The translations under genes were made by a program, and so were the position numbers. From NCBI RefSeq assembly GCF_036321535.1, contig NC_087436.1, forward strand, positions 45,510,001 through 45,574,000: a DNA stretch of 64,000 bases, in the 5' to 3' direction. This DNA comes from Camelus dromedarius (taxonomy: Eukaryota). Of the stretch, positions 25,413 to 38,290 are shown one piece after another (position 1 is the first letter of the stretch; every line of letters starts with the position of its first letter). The notes beneath the pieces were generated by a model, which searched no databases, was not told the DNA's origin, and saw only the letters and a program-made list of their open reading frames with translations.

Positions 25413-27664
25413 AGGAAAAATTTAATAAAGCATCCAGTATTGCAGCACTACCATAATTCTATTGGGTACATGATTGCCTCCATTTTATAGATAAAGGAAA
25501 GAAAAAAACTGCAAATAACAAAGTAAGTCTGGAAGTGATTAGAATAGATAAAATAAAGCAACAACATAAGTAAGTTTAGTATTAGAGCTGAAGCTAAGGT
25601 TTTGTGAGTCATGACTATTTGTTTAACTTAGTGTATTATCCAACTTCTTGGTCACTAACTGCAGAATGGTTGTTATATTTTGCCCTGGTTCTTGACAAGG
25701 AGCGCTCCAGGGTTACAGAAAGATGTTAATAAGAGTGGAAGTGTTCTATCAGAGCTGAGTTTTTATCTCAGTAAATAGGTTATGATGGGACAAAATGTGT
25801 AGGTTGATCCCTTAGGTGGCTTGAAATAAATTACATCATCTTTGGTTTAAAATTTTTGTGATATTCAAAATGAGGTTACTTGAATTATGGCCCATCTGTA
25901 CAGTGGTCACTAGGTAGCCCTACATCTGTTTCTGTGGAGACAGATGAATATGTGGTGACATGGAGAGATGCACCCTTATATAACATTGAGTAAAGCAGGA
26001 AGGTGTACTATGATTAGATTTTTAAGTAATTTATGTTAATAAATGCACCAGCTTATAAGTAAGTACAAGAAGATAGTGTAATGGTTTGCTTAAACTATGT
26101 ATGAAAGCATAATTAACTGACTTGGTAAACTTAGTTTTCAGTGGTACTACATCCATCAACTCTGGATTATCATTGTGTTCATATACAAAGTAACTGAGTA
26201 TCTAATCACTATTTAAATGTATTTGTTTAATCCTTACTGTTCCTAGAAAAGGATTTGTGGTTAGATGTCAAAATATTAAGCACTGGTCTCTAGTTCATTC
26301 TTCGCTTCATGGGTACATATTTCCTACTTCTCCTTTAAAAAAACTGTACTTAACATAATGAAACAAAGTGTCATTAGGCTAATTCAACATGTATAACCCC
26401 AGTGAGGGCATTTTTATATCCCCCATACAGACAGGTAATTCCTTGAGGTACTCAGTAAATGTTTACTGAACTGCTGTTGGTTTTCTTTCTAAAGTTAAAA
26501 TAGCTTTATGAAATATTTTACAGGTTATTCGTTCAGTCACCCCCACCAATACTGTGTAATATTATTTGGCATCTGGCTCTTTTTGCTTTACGTTGCATTT
26601 TCCAAATGATTTTCCTATTATGCTTCAGTCAGCAGTAACCTGTGGAGGGAACAAGGGAGGTTAGTGGTTATTTGAAAGTAGGGGTGAATAAAATGTTTGA
26701 GCCTTTCCCTCATGAACATCTAACTCCTCCTGGGCTTTGGTCTTGCTACAAGGAAACCAAGGAGACCCAGGCCTTTTACTCTTGGACCGTCCCCCTCTCC
26801 AAATCTTTGCAAAAAACAGGTCCGAAAGAGGATAAACCCCTTTGCACAGGTTGTTACAAATTGGTTAAGTGAGTGAGGGAAGGGGCATCCAGTTTTGCCG
26901 TGGCTTGCGATAGCCGTAAATATCCGGCCATGGGCAACCATAGGAACATTTTTTTGAGGAATAATTTTATGCTTTCAGTGTGGATGCTGTTTTTAGTTTT
27001 GTGCTACATTTTCCTCCAAGACAGATATTTATTAATCAAGTGTTTATTTGTTTAACCAAGGAAGTACAAAACTAACTGCTTAGAGGAACTAATTCAATCC
27101 TTCTGTCCTTTCCCTCCTGAAAAGAAAGCATGTGTTTCATCACAAAGGGAGCCCTTTTCTTCCTGTTCATGAACAGTAGTAAGATTTTAGACTGAGCACA
27201 GTCAGGCATGGAAGCGTCTTTGAAACGCCCTTACTTTCGCTACGCCCTCTGCATGGTTCTCTCCTGCGGGGAGCATCACATCCTAATTCCAGGTCACTTG
27301 TCACCTAATCCTCTTTCCTGACACATCTCCCACTCTAACAGCATTTTAACTTCCTGAATATTTAGATTGTACCCACTGTGATAACAACTATTTGTCTCTT
27401 GCATTTTCATAGTGGCTCTGATGGAATCTTCCTTTTTCAGTAGGCTCTGGTTTTCTTTTGTCTCCTTAGTGTTCTGTCCTTTTTTGGTTGTTGTTTCTTG
27501 TGGAATAAGTATTTAAAGAAAAGACAGCAGACACGTTTGGAGGTATGCCCACTAAGGCACTATTCTTAACAGAACGTGTATTCAGTGTCTTTCTTTCTTT
27601 CTATTTTTTTTTTTTAATGCTTTTGTGCTTTACCATTCCTGCACTGCATTGTAGCCATTCTCAT

Positions 27665-27830
27665 TATTTAGGATAGTTGGTTCTTAATTTGACTTGCATT
27701 TCCCACATTAGAATCACCTGGGAGGCTTTTACTGTCACCAATGCAAAATCACCTTAACATCTCTGGAAGTGGGGATTAGGAGGTTTAAAAACTCCCCCTG
27801 GAGATGAGGTAATGAGAACCTGTGGTTTAG
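27665..27830. mobile_element. MER5-like hAT-Charlie MITE
   Basis: gttggttcttaa...cacattagaatcacctgggaggctttt...gagaacctgtggtttag. Confidence 0.6.
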
Positions 27831-28539
27831 AAAGATAAAAGAGCCTCGGGTCTGTTTATCTGCCCAAGTGATTCTGATTATTTAAAATATACCTGGAAAA
27901 TGTAGGCATTCTGCCATGGCTTTTTGAGCTACCTCTGGGTCTAGATATGAATATATGACCAGGACAACATGGATCTCTCTGACTGTCTGAAAAGAATGAA
28001 ATTGTATTAGAATAAAAATCATGTATATTCCAACATGCATCTAGAGCATAGTCAAATCCTGATACTTGTACAGATTTTTAAACTTTGATTTTGTAAAATA
28101 TTATCCAGTTTATAATAAAATACACTTAAATATTTTCAGTAGATTTTATAGCCATCATTTTTTGTTTTTGTTTTGGCTATAGGTAAGAAAGGTTTCTAAA
28201 CACTAAGGTCTCGGGGCAAATCATTATTTGTGCCTGCATTTTTAAATACATTTTTAATGATGTGTCAGTACTATTAGCACACGAATAAATATGTGTGACT
28301 AAATATAAGAGGGTTTCTAACACCACGAAGTCATTAAAAAATACATTCGGATCATGGTTTAATTTTAAGCAAGCAATGAAAATAATTTATCATCTGAAAA
28401 CTTTGAAGAAGTAAAAGTTTTTGTCTAGGTGAGTGTATACATGCAACAGTCAATATAGACTTTAAAATTCTATTTTCATGGACTTTTAAAAATATATTAT
28501 CAGTTGTGCCCCAAATTTGCTAGAAATTTATTGGGGTTA

Positions 28540-28740
28540 ATAAAGGATATTAAGTGCCCATCATGTGCTTTAAATGTATTACTCATTTAATTCTCAGAAT
28601 AATGCTGCCATGAAGATATTCTGTCCATTTGACAGGTGAGAACCTGGGGCTCAGTCACCAGATTCATAACTGTCAAAAGGGTAGGATTTTGAGTCAGATC
28701 TCTCCCCCTCTCCCTCTCTCAAAGCCCTTGTCTTTTCTAC
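28540..28740 (-). mobile_element. MIR
   Basis: actcatttaattctcagaataat...tccatttgacaggtgagaacctggggctcag. Confidence 0.7.
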
Positions 28741-30283
28741 TTCTACCACATTTTTGGCCTCCCAGCAGCCAGAATAGCATTTCTCCTCCAAGGTAATTAC
28801 AAGTAAGAGATGGAGCTTCATTGTTAGAGACGGCATGGCATGAAGGCCCCTATCTTGGTCATTCCATTGCTGCTTCCTTTGCATTTCTGTGCAGCACAGG
28901 CCACCTCTTCCACCCAGCAGTGACGGCACAGGACGGAAGCTGGCGGCTGATAAGAAATTCAGACAGTTTGGGTCTGTGGAAGAGATAGACTAAAAAAATA
29001 ACTGGAGAGAGGCAAGTCAGAGGTTAAACTTCACATTAAAAATTGCTATTGATGACACAACACTGATACTCTTTACATCCCTTAGCTTTTCTAAATAAAA
29101 GAGGAATTGGTGTTTTTCATAAAGTCTGGGCCTTGGTGTAAAATCGTGGTTGGAGAAAAAACTATTTCTGTTTCACTGTAAATGAAGTAAAGAATGCTGT
29201 TAGGTCAGCGGAGACAGCTAAGCCCTGTAAAGCTGCTTACTTTGCATTAAGAAACTACAAAGTAAGAAACAGCCCATTATTCCATCTCTAGAGTTATTTC
29301 AGGAATGGCATTGGAAAGTGCAGGGGATCCCGTTTTAGACAAAGATCTGCTAGTTTTGTTTACATCTGTAAAACCATACTGAAAATTTTTAAGATTATAA
29401 TGCTTTCCAATTCCTTTTTCACTTGGGAGCGTAAGATTTAAAGGTTTAATTTTCAAAACATCAGAAAGAAAACTTTCTTTTTTAAGAATGAGATTTACAC
29501 GGAGAATAAAATTTGTCAACATTTTATGAATCTTAAAGGAGCATTTCTTACACTTTATTTTCTTTCCATGGCACCATCCACCCAACCACTCTTGTGGATT
29601 TTAGATCAACAAATGAGTTCTTTAAGAATTGCCATGCTTACAGAGGATATTTCTCATCTTGTTCCACTATCAATTAAGTTTTGGCCCACTGTCTAATAAT
29701 CATGTATTAAATTATCCCAGTATCTCTCAAGAGAGATAGCTAAGTGGTAAATGCTGTCATTCTGTTTCAAAGATAAATATGTTGTATGAGCAATTAAGTA
29801 AGTTCTTACATAAGGTTTCAAAAGGCCACTTATTTTCTACAAAATGGTATTGTTTCCACAAATTTACTGACTATTACAGCTGACTATTATTATTATTAAA
29901 TTGGAAAAGTCTTATCTATAACTCCAGGAAATTTTCCCAGTGTACATGCATTCTGTTTGTAATTTTCTGCAGAGATGTCAGTGCCCTTACAAGCTAACAC
30001 AGACTGATTATGACATATGAAGGTGACAAAGAGTATGTCAGAGAAGTAGTTCATCAGCTGCTGTGTCCTTCCTGCTGCCTAAAAGGCTAAGGTCTTTATT
30101 CAGGGAGGAGGTCACGTAGGTTTGACATCCTCATTTTGAGAGACAAAAAATTGTCTTTGCCAGTTTGAAAAAGCAAAATTTGGAAGAACCAAATGCTCAT
30201 TTTGAAATAAGGTTTCTAGGACAGTGCAGTAAGTGCCTCCTCCTTCTTCATCTAAAAATGTCTGAAATATTTTTAGCCACCCA

Positions 30284-30309
30284 ACACACACACACACACA
30301 CACACACAC
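30284..30309. repeat. (CA)~13 microsatellite
   Basis: Directly visible. Confidence 0.95.
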
Positions 30310-30334
30310 TATAGTGACCTAGTTGTCATAATCC

Positions 30335-30500
30335 TCACTACTTAGAGTTTGATTTATGTGTGGACTGGCAGCATCACGGGGGAGCCTGCTAGAAATGCAG
30401 CATCTCAGGTCCCACCTAAGACCAACTGAATCAAAATCTGCATTTTGACACGATCTCCAGATGTTTCATTTGTTCAAATATGTTCAAACTTAAGAAGCTG
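30335..30500. mobile_element. MER5A
   Basis: cagcatcacgggggagcctgctagaaatgcagcatctcaggtcccacc...actgaatcaaaatctgcattttgacacgatctccag. Confidence 0.8.
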
Positions 30501-31149
30501 GCACTCCCTGGCAAAAAGGCCAAACATGGCGCTATCTGTATTTTCACTGACTAAATGGTCTTTCTGTGCTTGAGAGAATTCTGCTGTTTTCTAGACGTGT
30601 GTGATCCAGAACTGGGTGGTAGAGAGCTGAAGTTTAGGCAGATAAAGATTTTATAACCGTAATAATGTGACAATCGCAGCTGTAAAATAATGTCTGGGAA
30701 ATAACTGATGAGAATCCGTTGTGACAGGTGAATTTTTTGCTCAGCAGTTTCCTCTTTGATGGTGTCTTCAGTTAAAGATCAGCAAAGAGAAAGGTCCACA
30801 ATAGGGACTGGGATGATGTAAGATGTGATCTTTCAGGAATCTCTAAGGAAAACTGTTTCTTATTATAGTAATCCAACCAGTATTAAGCTGTAAAAATGTT
30901 TTAGGGGGGTGAGGGTGTGCCAAGAACTAAATCAAGAGGAGTCCACTATTTAGAACTGAATACATCTCATGTGAATATTCATTTTGCTGTTATCCTGTAT
31001 TAGGTTAAGTTTCCTTTTTACTGCTAGGATTTCTATACAGTTTAGACTTTAGAGATGTTCATATTTTCAGGTAATGACTTCTTATTGTTGACTGCTACAA
31101 CTTCTCTAATAAGATTAGTATTCATTAGCTGATTATCATATGCATCTAG

Positions 31150-31330
31150 CGCAATCCATGAAGTTAATCTTCACAATATTCCTAGGCAACCAGGGGCTCA
31201 TTATTTCCTATTTACTGATGAGGAAACTGAGAAGCTAAGTAATTTGCCACAAAATTGTACCACTAGTAAGTGGCAGAAGCAGGTATTAAGTCCAGGATCT
31301 CTCATTCCAAAGTCCCTCTTCTTAATGATG
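31150..31330 (-). mobile_element. MIR
   Basis: tttactgatgaggaaactgagaagctaagtaatttgcc...ctagtaagtggcagaagcagg. Confidence 0.75.
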
Positions 31331-32820
31331 ACAATATATTGCCTTCTCGACTTCTTTATGGCCCCAGAGTGCTGGCTCTTATGAATGGAAAGCATACCAA
31401 ATCTCATATTGCTCTAATTAGTAAAAAAACTTCTGGTAAATAATTACATATAAATCTCCTGACATACCCAAACACCTGTCTTATCATTCACACCCAAATA
31501 CTGGCCTCATGGTGACTCATTACTATAATAATGGTATTAGAAGACCTCAGAATCTCTCTTGTAATGTGGAACTTACTGCAATTAAGAGGTATAGAAATTT
31601 GGCTAAGAATTTCAGTTTCATTTTAAAGTTCTGTTTTTATTTTTAAATTGTCAATATATATTATTACCCAATAATAAGATTAAAGTGTCAAAATAAAAGG
31701 ATCACCCAGTGAAAGAGTATCCAAAATCATTTAAATTATGTCAGGGAAGATGTTTTAAGTATTCTGCTTTTAAAAAATTTTTTCCCACATTTTTAGCTTT
31801 TTAAAGTGCAGAATGGAGGATTTTTGAAAATGGTTGCTTAACTTTCCTTAATTGTTGAGAAATCATCAGTTTTAGATATTGGCTATTGACAAGTGGTCCT
31901 GTGTGAGATTCCCTTTTGTCAGACAATATAGTGACATGCAATAAAATGGAAATTACCAGTATCTTTGGGTATTTATAGAGAACCATCAAAAAAAATCTAG
32001 ATCAATCTACATAAGCAAAGAACACAAATCTTATGAGTTTAATTTTTGCAGCCTCTGTGATCAAGGTTGGCAATTCAAGCAGTGAGAATGTTACGTGAAC
32101 TTGATTATATGGATTTTCCAGTTATTTTTGAAAGTGTATGGAGCATAATGCAGAAATGAAATAGTTTCCACTCAGATTTTTACTTTTTCACAATTGTTCA
32201 CTCACTTTATGATGTGCTTGTTTTAAAGAAAAAAATAAGGACTCAACTAAGAATATGATTAGAAAGTTATTAACCTCTCTAAAATCCATAGGGAAAAATT
32301 TATCAATTTTGGGGTGCTTATAACATATTTTTCTATGGAGGTCTTTTCTAAGTGGAGATTTTTCTATGTCGGCAGGTAAATATCAGTCTGAGAAAGACAC
32401 TTTAACAGGAAAATAGCAGAAAAATGGTCCAGATACAATTCAAAACCCTATCTGTTTTATTCCAAAATCTTTTTCTGCCTCTAATAATTGTCTTTTTCTG
32501 TCTCATCTTTATCCTGATTTGTGGTCACCTAGATGTAGATAGACTGATTCACTTCTTTTCTAGAACCAAATCAGCAGCCTTTACTGTGGTAAACTGCTCA
32601 GTTTAGGAATGGCTTTGGTGACATTCTTCACATCAGCATCTTGAGTAGGGGGCTGCTGGCCAGGACCCCATCTGCCTGGATATCCTGTATGTTTATTTGG
32701 GTTTCTCACCTTGCACAGTGGGCACTGGAAATGGGTAGCTGGGAAATAATCCTTTCTTGGTCCCAAGAGGCTGTTGTGGTTTTGTTTTCCCTCTTTATCT
32801 CTCTTTATTTCTTGGGATGG

Positions 32821-32946
32821 ATTTTTTTTTTATTTGTTTGTTTTCCATGTTTGTTTGTTTGTTTTTTAATGGAGGTACTGGGGATTGAACCCAGGACCTC
32901 GTGCATGCTGAGCATGTGCTGTACCACTGAGCTATACCCTTCCTGC
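32821..32946 (-). mobile_element. tRNA-derived SINE (camelid Vic-1-like) with ~11-bp TSD
   Basis: ggaggtactggggattgaacccaggacctcgtgcatgctgagcatgtgctgtaccactgagctataccc; TSD tgggatggatt (32813-32823) / tggaatggatt (32949-32959). Confidence 0.92.
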
Positions 32947-34184
32947 CATGGAATGGATTATTTTTATACCCTGCTCTAAATATCGTTCTTCTGAACCTGA
33001 TTTGCATTTACTCTATAAATACAAAACATGAAATCAGTGTGAAACTTTTGACCTTATCCACAGATTCAGGAGTGCCATTAAAGAATAATTGAACTAATGA
33101 AGGATTTGGGAAACTTGTATTATACTGTGTATAAGTATAATATAATATGATATATTTATAGAAAAAAATGTACTGTAAAGATAAACGGAAAACACCACTG
33201 CAGCCTAGTTGGAACCACCTCGCACTGCTTCTCTGTCTCTCCTTTGTTCTTCGGTCTGCCTGGTCTGCTGCCCAGTCCCCCTTTCCCTCTGCCTTGAACC
33301 ACCCCAAGTTCCTCCTCCAGCTGACATGGACTCTCTTACACTGTGGCCTGCTGGGCACCAGCCTTCTCAGATAAGCATTTTAATACACTTCGGGTAGCTT
33401 GTGTTGAAAGTGAGAGTACAAGTCAGACCAAAACGAATGAGGCAGTGCCTCATGACAACATGAGAGAGAAAAGTTTCAACAATTGATGGATTCTGGCACC
33501 TAAAATTAGCTCTTTTGAAGTGCTAGAATTTCCATCTTTACCGATGTGTTTCTTGGCAGAGGTCCTTTTCATAGTGATTGCAGTTGTTCCATTTGGAATT
33601 AGTTCAGGTCTTCAAAGCAAGGAGAATCTGTTTAAGGACTTAACTACAAACGGTGCTTATGTTGGCCATGACTCTTGTGCAACACCCAAGCAGGGAGACA
33701 GTAACTACATCCATCCTGGCTCATTATGTGTCATTAAGATCCTTTCTGCAGATTAGGTACCTGTGTAAGTTTGGAAAGAGCAGCACCATAGCTGACTTCT
33801 GATAAATGGCTTCTTGAGTCACCTGTACTCTCGGGCTCATCACCCCACTGATGATGATGCAAGTTCTCTTGGGGGAAAGTGATATTAATATAAAGTGTTC
33901 ACATTTGTCATCAATAAATTGGAAAAGGACGTCAACAAATACAGTCTTAATGCCATTATAGTACTATGTGAATATACTATAAGCTTTGTGCCAATTTTAT
34001 TGGTTTATAGTGGAAGATAGCCTTTCCAATATCTGAAATATTCATAACTACTCCCTATGGCCCTCATTTCTTGTAAAAGTATCTACATAAGGATTGTGGG
34101 TTGGGGTGGAATCAAAGTGCAGGGAACTACCTTTGTTTTTTTTAGTTGCATCTTTTCATTTAATTTAATTTTTATTTAACTTTT

Positions 34185-34396
34185 AACCTTTTTTAAATTG
34201 AAGTATAGTCAATTTCTGGTGTACAGTTTAATGTTTCAGTCATACATATACATACGTGATATTCCCTTTCATATTCTTTTTCATTATAGGTTACTATAAG
34301 ATACTGAATATAGTTCCCTGTACTATACAGTTAGTATAAACGTGTTGTTTATTTTATATATAGTAGTTAGTATCTGCAAATCTTGAACTCCCAGTT
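34185..34396 (-). mobile_element. L1 3' end (5'-truncated)
   Basis: ttttttaaattgaagtatagtc...aatatagttccctgtactatacag...tatctgcaaatcttgaactccc, a cetartiodactyl-type L1 3'UTR. Confidence 0.85.
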
Positions 34397-34426
34397 TTCT
34401 TGATAGAGAACTAAACTTTCTACTAC

Positions 34427-34565
34427 ACTGTTGCTCAAACTTTAATGTGCATCCAAATCACCGGAGGAATCCTAATAAATGAGAACTCTTTTTCAGGAAG
34501 TCAGTATTTAGAAATACAGATTCTTAATCTTAGATGATGCTGGTTGTCACTACCCTTTGAGGAGC
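34427..34565. mobile_element. MER5-like MITE
   Basis: ctgttgctcaaactttaatgtgcatccaaatcaccggagg...gatgatgctggtt...ctttgaggagc. Confidence 0.6.
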
Positions 34566-34597
34566 AAAGCTCTTTGTCCTCCTAAGAAATGGCTGAG

Positions 34598-34844
34598 ATT
34601 TCTTGGGATGGGTTATTTCTATACAACCCTTCCCTTTTCTTCTGAACCTGGTTTGCATTTACTCTACAAATGTATAACATGAAATCAGAACATGAAATTT
34701 TTGACCTTATCCACAGATTTAGAAGTCCCATTAAAGAATAATTGAGCGAATGAAGTAATTGGAAAACTTGTGTCATATATATTGTATTATATTCATAGAA
34801 AGAAATATTGTAAAGGTAAATGAAAAACAGCACTGGAGTCTAGT
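34598..34844 (+). repeat. Diverged direct duplicate of 32807-33209 (minus the SINE); RT C-terminal part of unit U5
   Basis: Shared blocks: atttcttgggatgg, ttcttctgaacctg, tttgcatttactcta, aacatgaaatcag, ttttgaccttatccacagatt, ccattaaagaataattga. Confidence 0.9.
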
Positions 34845-35885
34845 CTGCATGAAAATTTCACTTCTATTTATTTGAGCTGACATTGGTGAGATTTGCCACG
34901 TCTAGCAATGTCAAAAGAGGTTGTTTGTTTTGTTTTTTAATGATGCACCAGATCCTGGAATTAGAAGTTTGATGTCCTGATATAATATTATGGTCCAGCC
35001 TACAGTAAATACCAACTTGACAGGTACATGGTACAGAGATAGGCTATTAATTAGCTTATAATTAATTTAAGGGTCTAGGAACTTGACAAAGGGACAGGCC
35101 ATTCTGTGCAGGCAGAAAGGTGGAGGGGAATGTCAAGGAAGGATAATCAGCAAGTCATAATAATATGTTTAGAAGATTGAGCATTGGTATAATTAATAAC
35201 TTCTTCAAAGTGTAAAAATCACAATTTAAAGATGAGTTATACTGAAGAATCGGTATGCTATAGTATTGGTGAAAAATGGAAAAAATGGCAACACAGCCAA
35301 AACACTCCCAGCCAAGTAATATGAAAAAGAATTAACTAGAAGGCAGTCATTATGTCGTTTACCTATTCAGTATGAGAAAAATGCCATGATCTACCTGAAG
35401 GAGGAAGGACTAGTTGGACTCTCAAGAGCACAAGAGTTCATTCTTACTGTTGGAGATTTGAACTCCATGGTTATTAACTCATGTAACTGTGTGTCCAAAA
35501 AAAGTCTTAGGCAGACTAAATGAGTAGGCTGATTACATCAAACGTCAGGCATTCCACAGCTTAGACAGTCATAGCTGGGAATGTAAGCAATGTTCATAAA
35601 TTCTAGTTAGAATGAGAGCAAGATTAACCCTGTTAAATCCTGTTAAACAGGTCAGGTGAATTTCTATAACCCAAGACAGTACTGACAGTTAGTGAAGGGC
35701 AGGATGTCCAGGGTGAAGTTCTCGGACTGCAAAGATCCCAGAAATGAATGACATTTCTGCAGCTGGAAGACGGGCTGACAGTCAGATATGAGACCACCCA
35801 CCCATGTGTCTGATGCATTGTTGAGTTCTAGTTCATGAGAGGAATGGAATGTCAAATATGTGCCACCAAATTGATAGGGAAATTA

Positions 35886-36529
35886 CAGTGGCTTCCCCTC
35901 ATCTGCAGGGGATATGTCCTAAAACTCCCGGTGGGTGCCTGAAAACTCGGATAGTACCATATCCTACATATACTATGTTTTTTCTTATACATACTTACCT
36001 ATGATAAAGCTCAATTGATAAATTAAGCACAATAACTAATAATAAAAGAGAACAGTCTACAATGTACTTTAAAGAAGTTACGTGAATGTGGTCTCTCTCT
36101 GTCTCTCAAATATCTCACTGTACCGTACTTACCCTTCTTGTGGTGATGTGATGTGACACGATGCCCACGTGATGAGAGGCAATGAAGTGAATGACACAGG
36201 CATCGTGAGGTAGCGCTGGGCTGCCACAGTAGTGATGCTAAGTCAGAGGGAGGGTCTTCTGCTTCAGTTGATCCTCGGTCATGGGGCCATAACAATGCTG
36301 ATGACTGGATGTCAGGGGCAGATGATGTGGATGGTTGGGGGTCTTGGGCAGGATGGAATGAGATGGTGCTGAGATTTCATCATGCCAGCTCAGAATGGCA
36401 CACACAATTTAAAACTTATGAATTGTTTATTTCTGGAATTTTCTATTTAACAGTTTTGTAAAAAATATTTGTTGACCACAGTTAACTGAAACCTTAGAAA
36501 GCAAAACTGCAGGTAAGGGAGGATTACTG
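35886..36529 (+). mobile_element. MER44-family (Tigger7-derived) DNA transposon
   Basis: TA then cagtggcttcccctcatctgcagggg ... ctgcaggtaagggaggattactg TIRs; internal sequence matches my recollection of MER44. Confidence 0.88.
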
Positions 36530-36692
36530 TTTTTTCACAGTGAGAGTCACCCGTAGAATTTACTACGCAGTCTGCATGACAGAGGACTTTATTTAAAAAG
36601 CAAAAACAAACAAAAAGCAAAAAAACAAACAAAAAAAAAACCTGGAGTGAAAACTAGAAATGAAGTCAATAGTCTTAAAACATACACATGAT

Positions 36693-36792
36693 GGGGGTGA
36701 GGGTATAGCTCAGTGGTAGAGCACATGCTTAGCATACACGAGGTCCTGGGTTCAATCCCCAGTACTGCCACTTAAAAAAAAACAAAACAAAA
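36693..36792 (+). mobile_element. tRNA-derived SINE (camelid Vic-1-like) with TSD
   Basis: gggtatagctcagtggtagagcacatgcttagcatacacgaggtcctgggttcaatccccagtact plus A-tail; flanked by aaaacatacacatg / aaaacacacatg. Confidence 0.93.
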
Positions 36793-38104
36793 CACACATG
36801 GAAATCGAAAGCTTTTGGTTTTGAAGTCAAGTTCCATGCTGTTAAACACAAGCCTGGGAAAAAGTAAGAAGAGAGTAACTCAACAGTGAATTCTAGCAGC
36901 ATCACCTCCAATTTATACACCACATGGGTCCAGTAAGCACTGAGCCCGTTTCCTCATCCTCATCGATGTTCCTGATTTGATAACATCAATACAGTAGATT
37001 ATGTGGAAGCTCCTTTCACTCAGTGATAAATTTTTTTAAAAAGATACAATACCCATACAAGAAACTTGCAGAAAATAGGTAAATTCACAGCTTAAACTGT
37101 TTGTATCCAACAACTGACTGTTTCTCTGGGATGAAATTCTCCAGACTGAGTAAGCTGTTTCCCAGGTGAGTGAGTATAGGCAGCTCTGTGATGCTGCGTC
37201 ACAGCCAACTGAGACATGCATTCCCCACTTGCCATGGCAGAAGTAGCAATTCTGGGAATGTGATAACTTATTTTGTGATTAAAAAGTTAAAAAAAAAAGC
37301 TGTTAGTATGGGAATGATAATACCCATTTTGAGAATTCAATCAGGAAGTATCTTTGAGTATCGAAACTTCCTTCTATTTCTGTTAGAGATCAGGACAACT
37401 CATTTTAGAATCGGTAAGTTTATGATATCTGAATGAAAAAGGAAGGAAATGTATAGGGAACAAAGTGCTTCTCTAATCTTATCGAGTTTCTGTTTTGGTT
37501 GTCTGCCAACTCTACTGGGCTGCGAAGAACAAAGGGTGTTGGCATGTGATAAAAGCTGGAAAGAGACCATCGTACCACCAATAATAAGTGATCGGACACA
37601 GACAGGTGACAATCGTGGCTTACAAGGCACTTTCCCAGAGCCCTTGCCACAGCTGCTGGGAGGTGAGCCACTGGAAAAAATGTTGGTCATTTGGGGGCAT
37701 GTTGCTAGTTCAGAAGTGGACAAAAGGAAGATGATCAGAAGTGCAGGACCAGCTTATGGATAATTTGGGACATGAAGATACCACAGCAGAGCTAAGCTAC
37801 CTATATTCTAGTCGTTCTGTTGCAAAGTATATTCTCCCATGCCAGCTGAGTTTCTTGTAGTTTTAAAATTTCTGCCTGAAATTCCAAAGCACTGCAAGGT
37901 TATTTTATATTACTAAAACACTAATTCATACTGTACTAGTAAAATCCAAATACTTCTGTAAGGATCACAGTGACTCCAGATAAGGGCTACTCCCGCCCAT
38001 GTGGGTACTTACCAGTCATCTATAGTACTTCTTCGGATCCTCCACTCCCCCACCTCCAGATCATCTGATAGACCCTTTTCTGAGTATGTGGTCCCAGGGA
38101 AACA

Positions 38105-38290
38105 CTGTTTTTATTGGATTCTTCAGATACATCATGGATATCCGTCAGATGTGCTGGGCAGCTTTTTTAAAATACCAGTTTCCCTTACCCCAGACAAATA
38201 GGAGTGTCTAGGAGGCAGCTCTCAAATATTGTATTTCTTAAAGCTGGCTAGGCGATTTTAATGTGCCCCCAGGGCTCAGAACCCTGCAGC
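38105..38290. mobile_element. MER5-like MITE
   Basis: ggcagcttttttaaaatacc...ggcgattttaatgtgccccc...agaaccctgcag. Confidence 0.5.

Larger units (their letters stand above)
18440..28010 (+). mobile_element. Fossil CR1-clade unit U4 (EN+RT+C-terminus and 3'UTR-like end), heavily interrupted by MIR/L2/L1
   Basis: CYR 19021-19029 then PGQ 19056-19064; ILLV..DFQMP 19223-19253 (~VMGDFNYP); HDV 23761 and KLVKW 23781-23795 (~PHDIL..KLVKC); LQKDVNK 25713-25733; CRLIP/LG 25798-25817 (~CKVIHLG); YKE 26747 and GLLLLD 26770-26787 (~SY.ERL.ELGLFSLE); FKEKTADTF 27512-27538 (~FK.RLD.F). Confidence 0.7.
28290..33210 (+). mobile_element. Fossil CR1-clade ORF2 unit U5 (EN+RT)
   Basis: NIRGFL 28302-28319; LLETAW 28821-28838 (~ITETW); RDRLKK*LERGKSEVKLHIK 28981-29040 (~RDR...RGGGVALYIK); WCKI 29134-29145; AEWR 31808-31819; LTS/VLCEI 31886-31910 (~LTSVLCKI); YMDFPVIFESVW 32106-32141 (~YLDFSKAFDSV); VVNCSV*EW 32586-32612; ELMKDLGNLY 33091-33120 (~LQKDLDNL); KCTVKINGK 33166-33192 (~KCKVMHIGK). 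Confidence 0.72.

Noticed and set aside
33008..33130. Minus-strand peptide QLFFNGT..SVDKVK shared by both duplicate copies
   Set aside because: Explained by nucleotide duplication; substitutions are not synonymous-biased, and the + strand matches RT motifs.
36693..36770. tRNA-like sequence with A and B boxes (also 9500-9568, 32870-32946, 53700-53774)
   Set aside because: A-rich tails, TSDs and divergent copies indicate a tRNA-derived SINE, not tRNA genes.
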